DNA from: Glaucostegus cemiculus
Lineage: Eukaryota
Length of the DNA: 64,000 bases
Direction: 5' to 3'
Assembly (NCBI GenBank): GCA_976551045.1
Contig: CDPCPM010000114.1
Coordinates: forward strand, 3,844,001-3,908,000
This document shows, piece by piece, positions 39,050-50,790 of the stretch; the first letter of the stretch is position 1; each line of letters starts with the position of its first letter. The translations under genes and the position numbers were made by a program. The notes below the pieces were generated by a model. It had not been told where the DNA came from, ran no database searches, and saw only the letters and a list, made by a program, of their open reading frames with translations.

Positions 39050-39500
39050 TTGAATGGATTTCCTGCAGGCCTATTTATTACCCACTACTCCCTTCCCCTC
39101 CTTCAGGAAGGGCTCCCCTCTACCACACATGCCCCCTGCTTACTACCAATTGAATATTACCACCTCTCACTACTCACCTGACCACCACCCATCTGCTAAC
39201 ATAGTCAAGCACCATCTCACTTGCCAATCTGTTAAGCCCCTTGAACACTGACCACTAATGACATCCCTTGAAAGCCAATCTCCTGACTACCTATTATAAC
39301 CCAACCACCAATCCTCCAACTACCATCTCATTCCTCAAGTCAATCATACCCACTCACTCTTGATCTTATCACTGCACCAATCTCTGGCTGTTAACCTTGC
39401 CCAGACCCTTCTAACTATTAATTAGTCTTGATTTCCCTTACAATCCCTGACCTGACCCTCAATCCCTGGGTCTCTCACCAGTTCTGGCCCCAAGTTTACC
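39050..39500. repeat. C/A-rich low-complexity tract
   Basis: Strong G depletion on the plus strand with recurring ccacc/cact units. Confidence 0.5.
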
Positions 39501-40127
39501 TGATTTCCTTTGAATGTTCTATCATTGAAAAGGAAAACTTTTGATTCTGCAAAGCCTGTTCAATAGAATATGGCACTATGGGTCAAGATGTTGTGCCCAA
39601 ATCTGTGGAATGGGATTTGATTCCTGTTCTATCCAACACAGTCACCAGTGCTAAGGCACAACTGAGATGCATATGCAGCTAGGAAATAGTTAGAATGAAG
39701 ATGTTAGGGGGCACCAAAGGTCAACTTTAAAAGTTTTATAAAGCCAGAATTTCATTGAATATTGGAAATTTCTTCTTTCCCAGGACAAATGGAACAATGA
39801 AACAGGTTCTGCAGTTAGTACTGATCTGCTGCATATAAGAAAGAACTGACTATCTGTATCTGACCTGAGGTGAAAATTATAATATGCATGAGTTATTTTT
39901 AACCTTGTGGAGAACTTCTTAGAATTGATTAGCATGTTAACTATAGGCATACATAAAAATGCATGCATGATGTTGTATGGTAAACTACAATAACTTTACT
40001 ACTTTGTTCCCATTATCAACAAGACTTTCCTGGATTAAGACTGGAGAGGGATGAATGTACCAATGGAGCTTTTAACTCTTAGCAAGTGATGCTCAGTTGA
40101 CTCACTGGTCTAGCAGTACGATATTCA

Positions 40128-40430
40128 CACTCAGTAGCACAACTAGTAGAGCTGCTGCCTCAGAGACCCAGACCCAATCCTGACCTCAGGTGCTGCCTGT
40201 GTGGAGTATGCGGATTCTTCCTGCGACCGTGTGGGTTTCCTCCAGGTGCTTTGGTTTCTTCCCACATCCCAAAGGCACATGGGTTGGTAAGTTAATTGGC
40301 CACTGAAAATTGCTAAGTGATGGAATCTGGAGAGAGTTGATGAGAATATGGGGACAATAAAATGGGGATTAATGGTCAGCATGGACTTGGTGGGCTGAAG
40401 GGCCTGGTTCTGTACTGATTGACTCTGTGC
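40128..40430 (+). mobile_element. V-SINE (HE1-like) with CR1-type tail
   Basis: tRNA-like head, V-domain gtgggtttcctccaggtgctttggtttcttcccacatcccaaag, and tail ggtgggctgaagggcctg. Confidence 0.9.
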
Positions 40431-42124
40431 CTATTAATTTAAAGGGAGCAGCAAGGGACTAAACAAAAAGGCAAATGTGACAAATGTCTCTTGACCTCAA
40501 TAGCTTATTTCTACTGCCAACCAGAACTGCCTTGACTTACTAATTTATAACTGTAATCATATTCAGTTGAAGGGGCTAGACTCAATGTACATTAACGCTT
40601 AAATGGCATTGTGTTGCTAATTACTTTGAAGACGTGCCAAATGAAACTAATGGTGGTGCCTATTGTTGGACAATTAAAATTTGAGTTCTTTTTAAAGAAT
40701 TTAGGATGAGGTAGGAGGAAGATTGTAAGATGAAGCTAAGGCAATGCAAATTACAAGGTAATGATTGTACTGCATTTGAATGAAAACATTATGAGCATTT
40801 TTAGCTTTCCTTTTACCTCATGAAAAGGTCATGGCTCCAGAAAACATAACTCTATGCTAGTTAACATGCCCGGAAATTAAACTTACAATCTAAGCACTAC
40901 ATTAAGAGAGTGAGAAATTAAAAGCACTGTTGGATGAACACTAATCTTGTGTCTTTACTTTTATCATATAATTCACATAATTGCTCAACCACTGTCATTA
41001 CAAAAAGTACCTGAGATGATTTTAATTGATAATACTTTCTATTAATTCTTAGATTAACACTCCTTTTGTCCTTTTACTTTCAACTACAAGGCTCTGGAAG
41101 TCTAAAAGGCCAGTCTTGAAGTAAAAATAAGAATTATTGTAGCTGGTAAATTTATTTCAAGACAAGTGAAAGGGTTATTTACTTTTAAGTATGTACCTTA
41201 TGTTACTTTATGACACTTAATAACAGAAATAGCAATAGAATGTTTTGCTTGAAACACAATGTCAGTCTTGAAGGTTGCAAAGGATATCAAGAAAATATTC
41301 CTTTACAAGTTAACCCAGAGGCACTGCCTATTAATCACAATAGAAAGAAACATATTGGATCTGATTCTTCCCTGTGTGCAATGTTTTGGTGCCTTTGGCC
41401 ACATGATTTATGCTCTAATTTCAGGCATAAATGGAGTTTCTTTTTGCTCACTGAATTATATCTTATTCTTAAGCTGCAGCAGTATTAGGAAGCTAAGACT
41501 GTAAGACTTGCAGGATGGACATGGACATAAAATAGAGAATTTAAAGTGGAGAGTATTTTTAGTATGCTTAGGTCATTTTACCTTGGTGTGTAATCATTTA
41601 CAAATGTCCAGAAAGCACCATTGCCATATAGAAAAGTATCTTCTGCGGAAAAGCTGCCCCAGTTTCCTGCATAATGTCAACAGTTATCTGTGGACCTACC
41701 AGCATTTCCCTCCCTAACTGTAAGGAAGCTCTGGACTCCCCTTCCAACCTACACTAATGCAAAAGTCCTCCTGTCGCTTCATTCATTTCAGGAGTGGAGA
41801 GAGGAGCATCAATCAAGAAGGCTAGTTCAGGGATAGGGAAAAAGTAAAGCATAGAATAGTTGGGCTTGTTGATAAAAAGCGAAAGAATGAAATGCCACAG
41901 TCAATTAAATGCATGGTCTCAACCTTAGTGTCAAAGGAATCCATGGCTTCTTCACATCTGGTATTGGAAGTGAATGTAAGGAGGCCGACAGGCTCTTGAA
42001 ATGATCTTGAAAAGCACTGTGTTTGTAGTCAAGGAGCTCATGCCATTGTATTATTCAAGCTGTACAACATTATTTAATCAAAGTACCATTATTTTAATCA
42101 ATACCTCATAAAGGACTGATTGGT

Positions 42125-42385
42125 ATAGCAACATGGAAATGCCATCTGCTGCAGGTTCTCTTTCAAATCACACACCATCCTGACTTAGAATAAATTGCTG
42201 TTCTTTACTATTTCTGAGTCAAAATCCTGAAATTTCTCACTCTTCCACATTTTGGGAAAAGCTTCAATAAGTAGCACTGCAAAGGATCAAGAAGTCTGCT
42301 CATCACCATCATCCCAAAGGCAATTAGGGATGGATAGTAATTGATGACTGTCCATCAGTGCTGACTTCACATAAATGAATAAAAA
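42125..42385 (+). mobile_element. Old CR1/L2-group LINE 3' end
   Basis: Similar to 11640-11890, ending aagggcaattagggatgg...ataaatgaataaaaa. Confidence 0.6.
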
Positions 42386-43494
42386 GACTGAAATATGATG
42401 CATATTTATCCTAATCTACAGGCAGACCATTTTGGGGATAAGTCTGACAGTAATGCAGCAGCATTTGATGCAAAAGTGTCTATAACTTTTGATTTAGGGG
42501 TTATTATTTTAGTAAATTTAGTCTGAGACCATGACCTTCTCTAATCAAAGTTACAACAGGTATCATCCAGAACTGAACAGAGTGAACAATCCTTTCCTGT
42601 CCTTTGACACATCCATATAGGCTTTGGTATGGTTGACTCCACTTCTATGGCCAAAAAGGTCAGCATGGACATGGCGGGCCAAATGGCTCACTTCTGTGCT
42701 GTATGACTCCAATGTCTCTCTGTTGGATAATGAAATGGGTCTGCTTTGTTTGGTCTATTATTTTCTAATTAAACTTACAGTTACTCCATCATAAAGTGCC
42801 TTTTCCCTGGTCCTATGGGTGTAGCTACCATGTGAAATCTTCAGTAGGATATGGCCTGAGACTGGTTATGTCCTACGGATAAAGGGAGGGTGGTAAAGAA
42901 TTTCCCTTCAGTTGCATTGACTGGACTAATTTTAAGTCATAGAGTCTATCTGTGGCTGCAGTACATTTTACAGGATAAGAGTGCCATCTTCTGCACTGGC
43001 ATATTGATTAATGCAGCTGATTCTTTCCCATCCTTTTCAGACATCAAAATCACAATGTTATCCCACTAAACAAAACATGTTACACATGGTATCAAGGATT
43101 AGCCATTTTACAAACACTTGACAGGAGTAGAATATTCACATCAATGAAGTGAAATGAGAAAAGATTCATTTGCCGTAAGTAACGTAAGATTTCAGCTTTC
43201 CAAGTCTGATGGATCACCAAAGAGTTAAGGGATAACGAGGTATATTTTTTCATAAAGAAATGACAGTTACCGTAATTATCACAGAACAATAATACAAAAC
43301 AGACAAGCAGATATATGACCTGTAATAGGTGAGATACTTTCCTCAGAACAGATTGGTCAGCTGAGCAGTAAACAGTGCAAGGTCTCGGTATTGACTGTGG
43401 GCCTCCTTCTCAGTTCCTTCTTCTTTGTCTTCACCTTCTGCTACTGCTCAAGGTGTCAACATAAGGCAAGGTCCACCTCAAAGACTGTAAGAAC

Positions 43495-44700
43495 ATAATG
43501 TAAGAAACAGGAAAAGGTTATTCAATCCATTTGCCCTTCTCTTCCATTCAATAAGACCACCTCAGCTGCATTTGCCTGCCCTGTCCACATATCCCTTGAT
43601 TTCTCTAATAGTCAGAAATCTATAGATCTCAGTTTTTAATGCAATCAATGCTTCTGTAGCCCACCAGGACAGTGAATTTTGTAGATTCACCAACTGCTGG
43701 GTGAAGAGATCTCTATCACTTATTCTGATCAGAATCAGAATCAGAATCAGAATCAGAATCAGAATTATTTTTATTGTCACAACCATATACACACACACAC
43801 TATGCATAGGAGCGAGATACCGCCCTCCGCAGGTGCACGTCACATTCAATAACGAGCAAAAACGACACACTGGCACACACTAAAAAAAAACATTAAAACC
43901 ACAAAAATTAAATTAAATTCAGCAGGTTAAATAAATAGATTTAAAGTGGATGAACTGGTGGCGAGCATTTAAAATGCTGGTGCATTTCTGAGCGCCTAGC
44001 ACCCTTTAGTGTTAACAGGGTAGATGGAGGAATGAGAGAGTTCACTGATCTGATGGCTTGCAGGAAGAAGCTATTGCACAGCCTCGTCGTTCTCACCCTG
44101 ACGCATTTGAGCCTCTTTCCAGACGGCAAAAGTGTGAAGAGATGATGGGATGGTTGAGAAGGATCCGACATTATATTTTTGGCCTTATATTATGCATGGT
44201 ATTATACATGGTTCCAGACTCTTCAGCCAGAGGAATCAGCTTCCAATATAATTGTAGTAAGATACCTTTACTCAAATCCTCTTGTAATAATGATCAACAA
44301 GCTATTTGCCTTCCTATTGCTGGGTGCACCTGCATATTAGCTTTCAATGACTTACATACAGGATACCCAGGTCCCTTCAAACATCAACACTTCCCAGTTT
44401 CTTACCATTTAAAAAAACTAAGCATTTCTATTTTCTCGAGTGGATCATCTTGTGTTGTACTCCAGCTGTTATGTTGTTGCTCACTTTGTCCACATCCCCT
44501 TGAAGCCTCTTTGCATCCTCATCACCACTTGTGTTTCCTCTTAGTTTTGAGTCAACAAATTTATACATGTTACATTTGTTCCCTCAAACAAATCACAAAA
44601 TAGGTTGTGAACAGTAGGGGCCCAATCACTGATCCCTGCAGCATTGCACTATTCATTGCTGTTCACCTAGAGAAAGGCCCATTCTTCTCATTCTTTGTTT
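43495..44700 (-). mobile_element. Decayed CR1, interrupted by Rex1
   Basis: CR1 3' end (LKTEIYRFLTIREIKGY) at 43560-43720. The body resumes after about 44210. Confidence 0.75.
43727..44180 (-). mobile_element. Rex1/Babar subfamily B 3' end with (ATTCTG)n tail
   Basis: DPSQPSHHLFTLLPSGKRLKCVRVRTTRL matches ORF 19536-19847. About six agaatc repeats at 43731-43765. Confidence 0.9.
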
Positions 44701-45584
44701 TCTAGAGCTGTTTATTAGCTGCCTGATTGTTTTTAACATTAATGCATAAACTTAAATAACTGATTTCAAGGAATTGATATCTGGTCCTATTGCTCCCTGT
44801 TCATAACTATCCGAATGACCTCATCCAATTAATAGGTACTCCAACCAACCTCACCTTGATTAGGTAAGGTAATTGTGATTCTTCCTTGTCTCTGACTTCA
44901 CTCAAGTAGTTGAGCCAACTGCTTCAGATTAAACCACCCTAATAGCACCGACGTATTGACTCAACTGCTTTACCTGCTCAAAAATAATGATGCCAGTGTC
45001 TCCCTCTCCCTTATCTGATCCTGGCTGGCATTGTGTGCCATTTTGTTTCTCCTGAGGAAATGTTAATATTTTCATGCAGTGAATATCATCCATAAGACAA
45101 CTTCCAATATATTAATGATTTTGTATCCAAAACTTTACAATAAGATGAAGGATATTCTAAGAAGATTGTAGATAATTTTTCCCAAAATTTCTGAATGTGT
45201 TTTGAAGTTTAATTTTCCTAATGAGGACAATTATCTCAGCACAAACATTGATGATTATCACACAAAATGATTATCCAACTGAATGTGGAGAAATTACTTT
45301 TAGTTAACGCAACCTACACTAATTCACATTCAAGCTATCCATCAGAAAATTGGCTGTTTCAAGACAATTTGGCCACTAAACTATTCCAATGTAAAAGACT
45401 GTAAGTAAACTATGGTTGTAAAAAAAACCTCACGTGAAGATCCCAGGAAAGATTGTTTATGATACAGATACCATTGACTAGAATGAAATTGTGCTGTCTT
45501 GAAGCAGAACATCTAATACAATATAAATATAATTCATTTCTTGAAAGATGTACTTGACAATGGCTGATGGAATTTATGCAGACA

Positions 45585-46040
45585 AGATCACAAGACAAGG
45601 GAGCAGAAGTAGGCCATTCAGCCCATCGAGTCTGCTCCGAAGGGAAGGGAGGTGGGGAGAAAAAAGACTTGATACCTCCACTAATTAGATAACTATCTAT
45701 CTCCTTCTTAAACATCTCCAATGAACTTGCCGCCAATGTGGCAAGGAATTCCATAAATTCACCACCCTCTGGCTAAAGAAATTTCTCCTCTGTTTTAAAC
45801 CTGTACCCTCTAATTCTAAGGTTGTGCCGTCTGGTCCTGGACTCCTCCACCAAGGGAAACAGCTTGGCTACATCTACGCTGTCCAGTCCTTTCATCATTT
45901 TAAATGTTTCTATCAGGTCCCCTCTCATTCTTCTGTACTCCAATGAGTACAGTCCAAGTGCCGACAGACACTCATCATACGCAAGCCCTTTCATCCTAGG
46001 AATCATCCTCATGAATCTCTTCTGAATCCTCTCCAACATA
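45585..46040 (-). mobile_element. CR1 3' fragment
   Basis: LERIQKRFMRMIP...LGLYSLEYRRMRGDLIETFK plus a CR1 tail. Confidence 0.9.
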
Positions 46041-46780
46041 AGTGTGAGGTGTTGCACTTTGGGAGGACAAACCAGGGTAGGACTTACACAGTGAAAGGTA
46101 GGGCTTTGTGGTGTGCATTGGAGCAGAGGGAGCTGGAAATAAAGGTCCATAGTTCCTTGGAAGTGGTGTCACAGGTAGATAGGGTTACAAAGAGAGCTTT
46201 TGGCACTTTGGCCATAAATCAGGGCACTGAATACAAGAGTTGGGATGTTATGTTGAAGTTGTACAAGATGTTGGTGAGGCTGAATTTAGAGTATTGTGTG
46301 CAGTTCTGGTCACCTACTTACAGGAAAGACATCTATAAGCTTGAAAGAGTGCAGAGAAAATTTACAAGAATGTTGTCAGGACTTGAGGACCTGAGTTTTA
46401 GGGAAAGGTTGAATAGGTTAGGCTTCATTCCCTGGAGCGCAGGAGAATGAGGGGAGATCTTATAGAGGTATACAAAATTATAAGGGATGTAGATAGGGTG
46501 AATGCATGCAGGCTTTTTCCCCTAAGGTTGGGTGAGACTAGAACTATACGTTTAGGGTGAAAGGTGAAATATTTAAGGGGAATCTGAGGGGAAACTTCTT
46601 TATTCAGAGGATGGTGCGAGTGGAACGAGCTGCCAATGGAAGTGGTAGATATGGGTTCAATTATAACATTTAAGAGTGGTTTGGATAGGTACATGGATAG
46701 GAGGGGTTTGGAGGGATATGGTCGGGTGTAGGAGATCAGGTTGGCATGGACTAGATGGGCTGAAGGGCCTGTAGTACTCT
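46041..46780 (+). mobile_element. CR1 3' fragment
   Basis: ORF 46049-46450 reads LHFGRTNQGR...LEYCVQFWSP. Tail gggctgaagggcctg. Confidence 0.9.
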
Positions 46781-46784
46781 ACTC

Positions 46785-47850
46785 AAAGAACTGGGGAAGT
46801 GGACCAAGGAATGGCAGGTGAAATTTAACTTGGATAAGGACAAGGTGTTGCATTTTGGTCAGTTAAACGGGGTCAGGACTTTCACAGTAATAGCTAGAGA
46901 GTGTTATAGATCAGAGAGACCTAGGGGTAAAAATTGGTAAGACACATTCAATGAGGTACAGTGAAAAACATTGTTTTGCATGCCATTCATACAAATCATC
47001 TTATTACATCAGTGCATTGATGTAGTACAAGGGAAAACAATAATAGAATACAGAATAAAATGTTATAGGTACAGAGAAAGTGCAGTGCAGGCAGATAATA
47101 AGGTGCAAGGCCATAATGAGGTAGATTGTGAGGTCAAGAGTCCATCTTATCGAACTAGGGGACTGTTCAATAGACTTATAACAACAGGATAGAAGCTGTC
47201 CTTCAGCTTGGTGGTACGTGCTTTCAGACTTTGGTATATTCTGCCTGATGGGAGGGAGGAGAAGAGAGAATATCCAGGGTGGGTGGGGTCTTTGATTATA
47301 TTGGCTGCTTTAAGGGCACATAGTTCCCTGAAAGTGGAGACACTGGTAGACAGGGTGGTGAAGAAGATGTCTGGAATTCCTTCCTGCATTGATTAGGGCA
47401 CTGAGAAGAATTGGGACGTCATGTTACAGCTGCACAAGTCATTGGTGAGACCACACTTGGAATATTGTGTGCAGTTCTGGTCACCCAGTGATGGGAAGGA
47501 TGCCATTAAGCTGGAAAGAGTGCAGAAAAGATTTACAAGACTGTTACCAGGATGGGAGGGCTTGAGTTATAAGGAGAGACAGGATAGGCAGGGACTTTTT
47601 TTCCCTGGAAGCTGAGGGGTGACCTTATAGAGGTACATAAAATCATGAGGGAAGTAGATAAAGTGGATGGTCACCATCTTTTTCCCAGGGTAGGAGAATC
47701 TAAAACTTGAGGACATAGATTTAAAGTGAGTGGCGTTGAACTTAAAAGGGACCTGAGGGCCAACTTTTTTAGACAGAGGGTGGTGGGTATATGGAATGAG
47801 CTGTCAGAGGAAGTTGTAGAGGTGGGTACAGTTACAGTGTTTAAAAGGTT
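46785..47850 (+). mobile_element. CR1 fragment interrupted by Rex1
   Basis: gacctagggg at about 46925 resumes as cacatagttccctgaaagtgg at about 47317. Contains LVRPHLEYCVQFWSP. Confidence 0.85.
46931..47313 (-). mobile_element. Rex1/Babar subfamily A 3' fragment
   Basis: AANIIKDPTHPGYSLFSSLPSGRIYQSLKARTTKLKDSFYP and the reverse complement of the subfamily A 3'UTR. Confidence 0.9.
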
Positions 47851-49302
47851 AAAAGTCACGGTGTCAGAATAATAACCTAGCCCTAGTGGGGGACACTGGT
47901 GGAGTAAACTCCACACAGTTGCTTGCAAGAGTAAAGAGGATTTGTCAAATTGTTCAACATATATTTATCAGAATACTGAAAGCCAGCCTTCTTCCAAAAT
48001 TGTGCAGTTGAATATTTATTGTTTTGTTTCTGAAAGATATTCCTGCTTTTATAGTGAACATAAGTAACTACCCTCAGAAAATCTTTTTCAGTTTTATTAG
48101 GTTTGACATTTTTTGAAAAATTCTCCATTAATTTTTAATCTTGTCAGTCGAGCAGAGTTAGGACTGAGCAAAGAGAGCAAGTGAAAATAATAATTCTGCT
48201 GAATGGATAATTTAGTTGGTTTCAACAATGTAGATGTCACTGTTGCCTTACATTTTACACAAAACAATTTTTTGCCTTCCATGAGATCATTACATGTTCT
48301 GACATGGTATTGAAAATGATATTGTAGAACACTTGATATATTACTGGAAAGTTCTGCCTTTCTGTGTATAAAGGTATTCTCATTTCAGCAAATACTTAAC
48401 TTGTCGATCAGAGTACATTTAGCACAAGGATGACATGTCCTGAAATTATCTTTGCACTGAAGGAATTTAACCTCAATATCTGACAGCACCTGCAAATTCA
48501 ATCTTCGTCAAAGAATGTAGTTACTCCTATGTAATTATTTATGTTATTATTTTGTGATTTGCTGGTGTTTTATCAAAGTAGATCTGAATTTTAATCTAAG
48601 GAAGCAGTGCAGCACAATGGTTTTAAATAAACCAAGTAGTATCTATCTGTAAAATACTCTTTATAGATCTACCTGGTGATAAAATAATTGAAAAAATATT
48701 GCTGATTTATCCTTGGGCATTTGCTTCGGCAATAAGGTGCTTGACACAATACATCAGTATCTATCCCATAATAGGTTCACTTACATTAGTAAATGAGAGG
48801 AATGGCCATGTCATAATGATCATGCCCTCATTCCCACACTAATTATATTCTTATCATCTTTTATTCCAAGTTGAGCTGGATAGATTCTTTGACACTAGGT
48901 GAATCAAGGGATCTGAGAAGGTGATGGGAAAGTGAACACAAGGTAAGGGCTAAGTCACAATTTTATTGGAAAGCAGAACAGCCTCAAGAGATATGGGCTA
49001 CTCCTGCCTTGGAGATGCAATGAAAGTGGTTGTGGAAGAAGAGTACACTTTGTGAATGAAGGAGAGGTGCCATAGTTTGCAGTGGAAAGCCAAATTCCAG
49101 GAACAATTGCTCCAAGCAACACATAGAAATAGTGGAGACCACTGTTGGACAATCCCATGATTGTAGCACTCAGATAAAAATAATCTTACCCCTTATCAAT
49201 GAAGAAATTGAAAAGAAAACTGCAGAGCAAATCTTTGCACTGATTTATATTAATGTCATCTAAGGTTATGCTGCCATAAGAACCTAAATGCATTTCACTC
49301 AC

Positions 49303-49382
49303 GTAAGGTGATTGCTTCAGTTCTCTGTCATTCTCCAACATCTGAATGTCTACTGTGTGTGCTTCAAGGAAAAAGATTCTCA
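49303..49382 (-). other. Candidate 80-nt exon
   Basis: atattacAG acceptor (weak pyrimidine tract) and TAC|gtgagt donor. One open frame: RIFFLEAHTVDIQMLENDRELKQSPY. Confidence 0.25.
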
Positions 49383-50169
49383 CTGTAATATTGTCATGCT
49401 AAGTTGGTGACATGTCCTATTTAAGATCACCCTATCTGCATTTCCTCTTGAAGACTGTTTATATTTCTGGGCTTGCCTAGTATCTTAGGAGTGACAATAT
49501 TGAAGGCAGCCATTGTTTATGTCATGCTCAGCAGTGAATCTGTATAATTATTCACAGGTACAAGGGCTAAATAGTTGCAATTTACATGTAACTGCTGTAA
49601 CTGAAGGTTAAGAATTAGATACTTGCAAATCTTATAGCTCCCCAGATTTGTGCAGAGAGCACCCTGTGTTTTTAGCATGAAGCTTGTGGAGGAGATAGTA
49701 GAAAATGGAATGGAATTATGTCAATCTTGACCACCATTTGTCCTAATCAACAACTTTTTCTCTGTCAGAATTCACGATATCAATGCATTGACATCAGATT
49801 CATTATAAGATATTCAAACTTGACACTTTGTGTAACAGTGTTATCTGAGGGAGACGGTGACAAGATGCAAGAAGATCTTAATAAATGCAAAATGGGTGTG
49901 TTGAAGGCAAATCAATTAACTGTGATGTTATTGAATGACAGAGCAGTCATGAGGGGCTGATTGCTTTCTTCCACTTCTTTTTGTTATGTTCTATTTCATA
50001 TGTCTGTCACCGTGGCTTTATTTCCAGCTGAAGGCAGTGGGGAGAGGATCCTGGGCCACATGTCAACATTTAGAATTAAATGATGAGAAGTCACCATCCT
50101 GACATGTTAACACTGCATTTTTCCCTACTGATGAAGCTTGACTAAAACAATTTGTTGCTTAGTTTTTTT

Positions 50170-50790
50170 CAACAGAGCAAAATGTCCCAAAGGCAGCTCA
50201 TGGGAGAGCAGTAAAACAAAAATTATGTCAGAGCCAAAAGGAGATGTTAGGGCAGATGACCAAAAAGTTGGTCAAATAGGTTAGGTTTAAAGGGGGCATG
50301 AAAAGTAGAGAGGCAAAGAGAGAAATCCAAAGCTATGGTTTGGCAAGAAAAGTCTGATAATGAATGACTAAGTATTTGAAATCATGGATGCTCAAGAGGA
50401 CAGAATTGGATCTTGAGGGTGGGAGGTGGGTTTATAGGGCTGGAGGAGATTATAATATCAGGAATGGAAAAACTGTGGAAAAATTTACAGCGAGGATGAG
50501 AATTTTAAAATAGAGATGTTGCTTAAATGGAAGCCAGTTTGAGTAAGCAGGCCCGGGAGTTATGGGGTGATCAAAATCTGGAGTGTTGCCACATTCTCAG
50601 CTGTATTTTGAATGACTTTTTTAAAGGGATAGAATTAGGGTATCTGCCTGGATAACACTGGAATTGTGAGCCTCTAGAGCTAACAAATATATGGACAAGG
50701 ATTGCAGAAACAGATGAATTGAGACCAGCTGAAAGTTTCAAAATTGCAGTATGAAGCTCAACTCAGTGTCACATATGTCACCATTTTTTG
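50170..50790 (-). mobile_element. L2 LINE 3' region
   Basis: aaaatgtcccaaagg...ggagatgttagggcagatgaccaaaaagttggtcaaa resembles the antisense 3' end of fish/shark L2. Confidence 0.65.

Noticed and set aside
43701-43883. ORFs with IRIRIR or ILILIL repeats
   Set aside because: They are translations of the (ATTCTG)n Rex1 tail.
47883-48164. Minus-strand ORF MENFSKNV... with a good upstream acceptor
   Set aside because: A stop lies between the acceptor and the ATG in that frame, and no homology was recognised.
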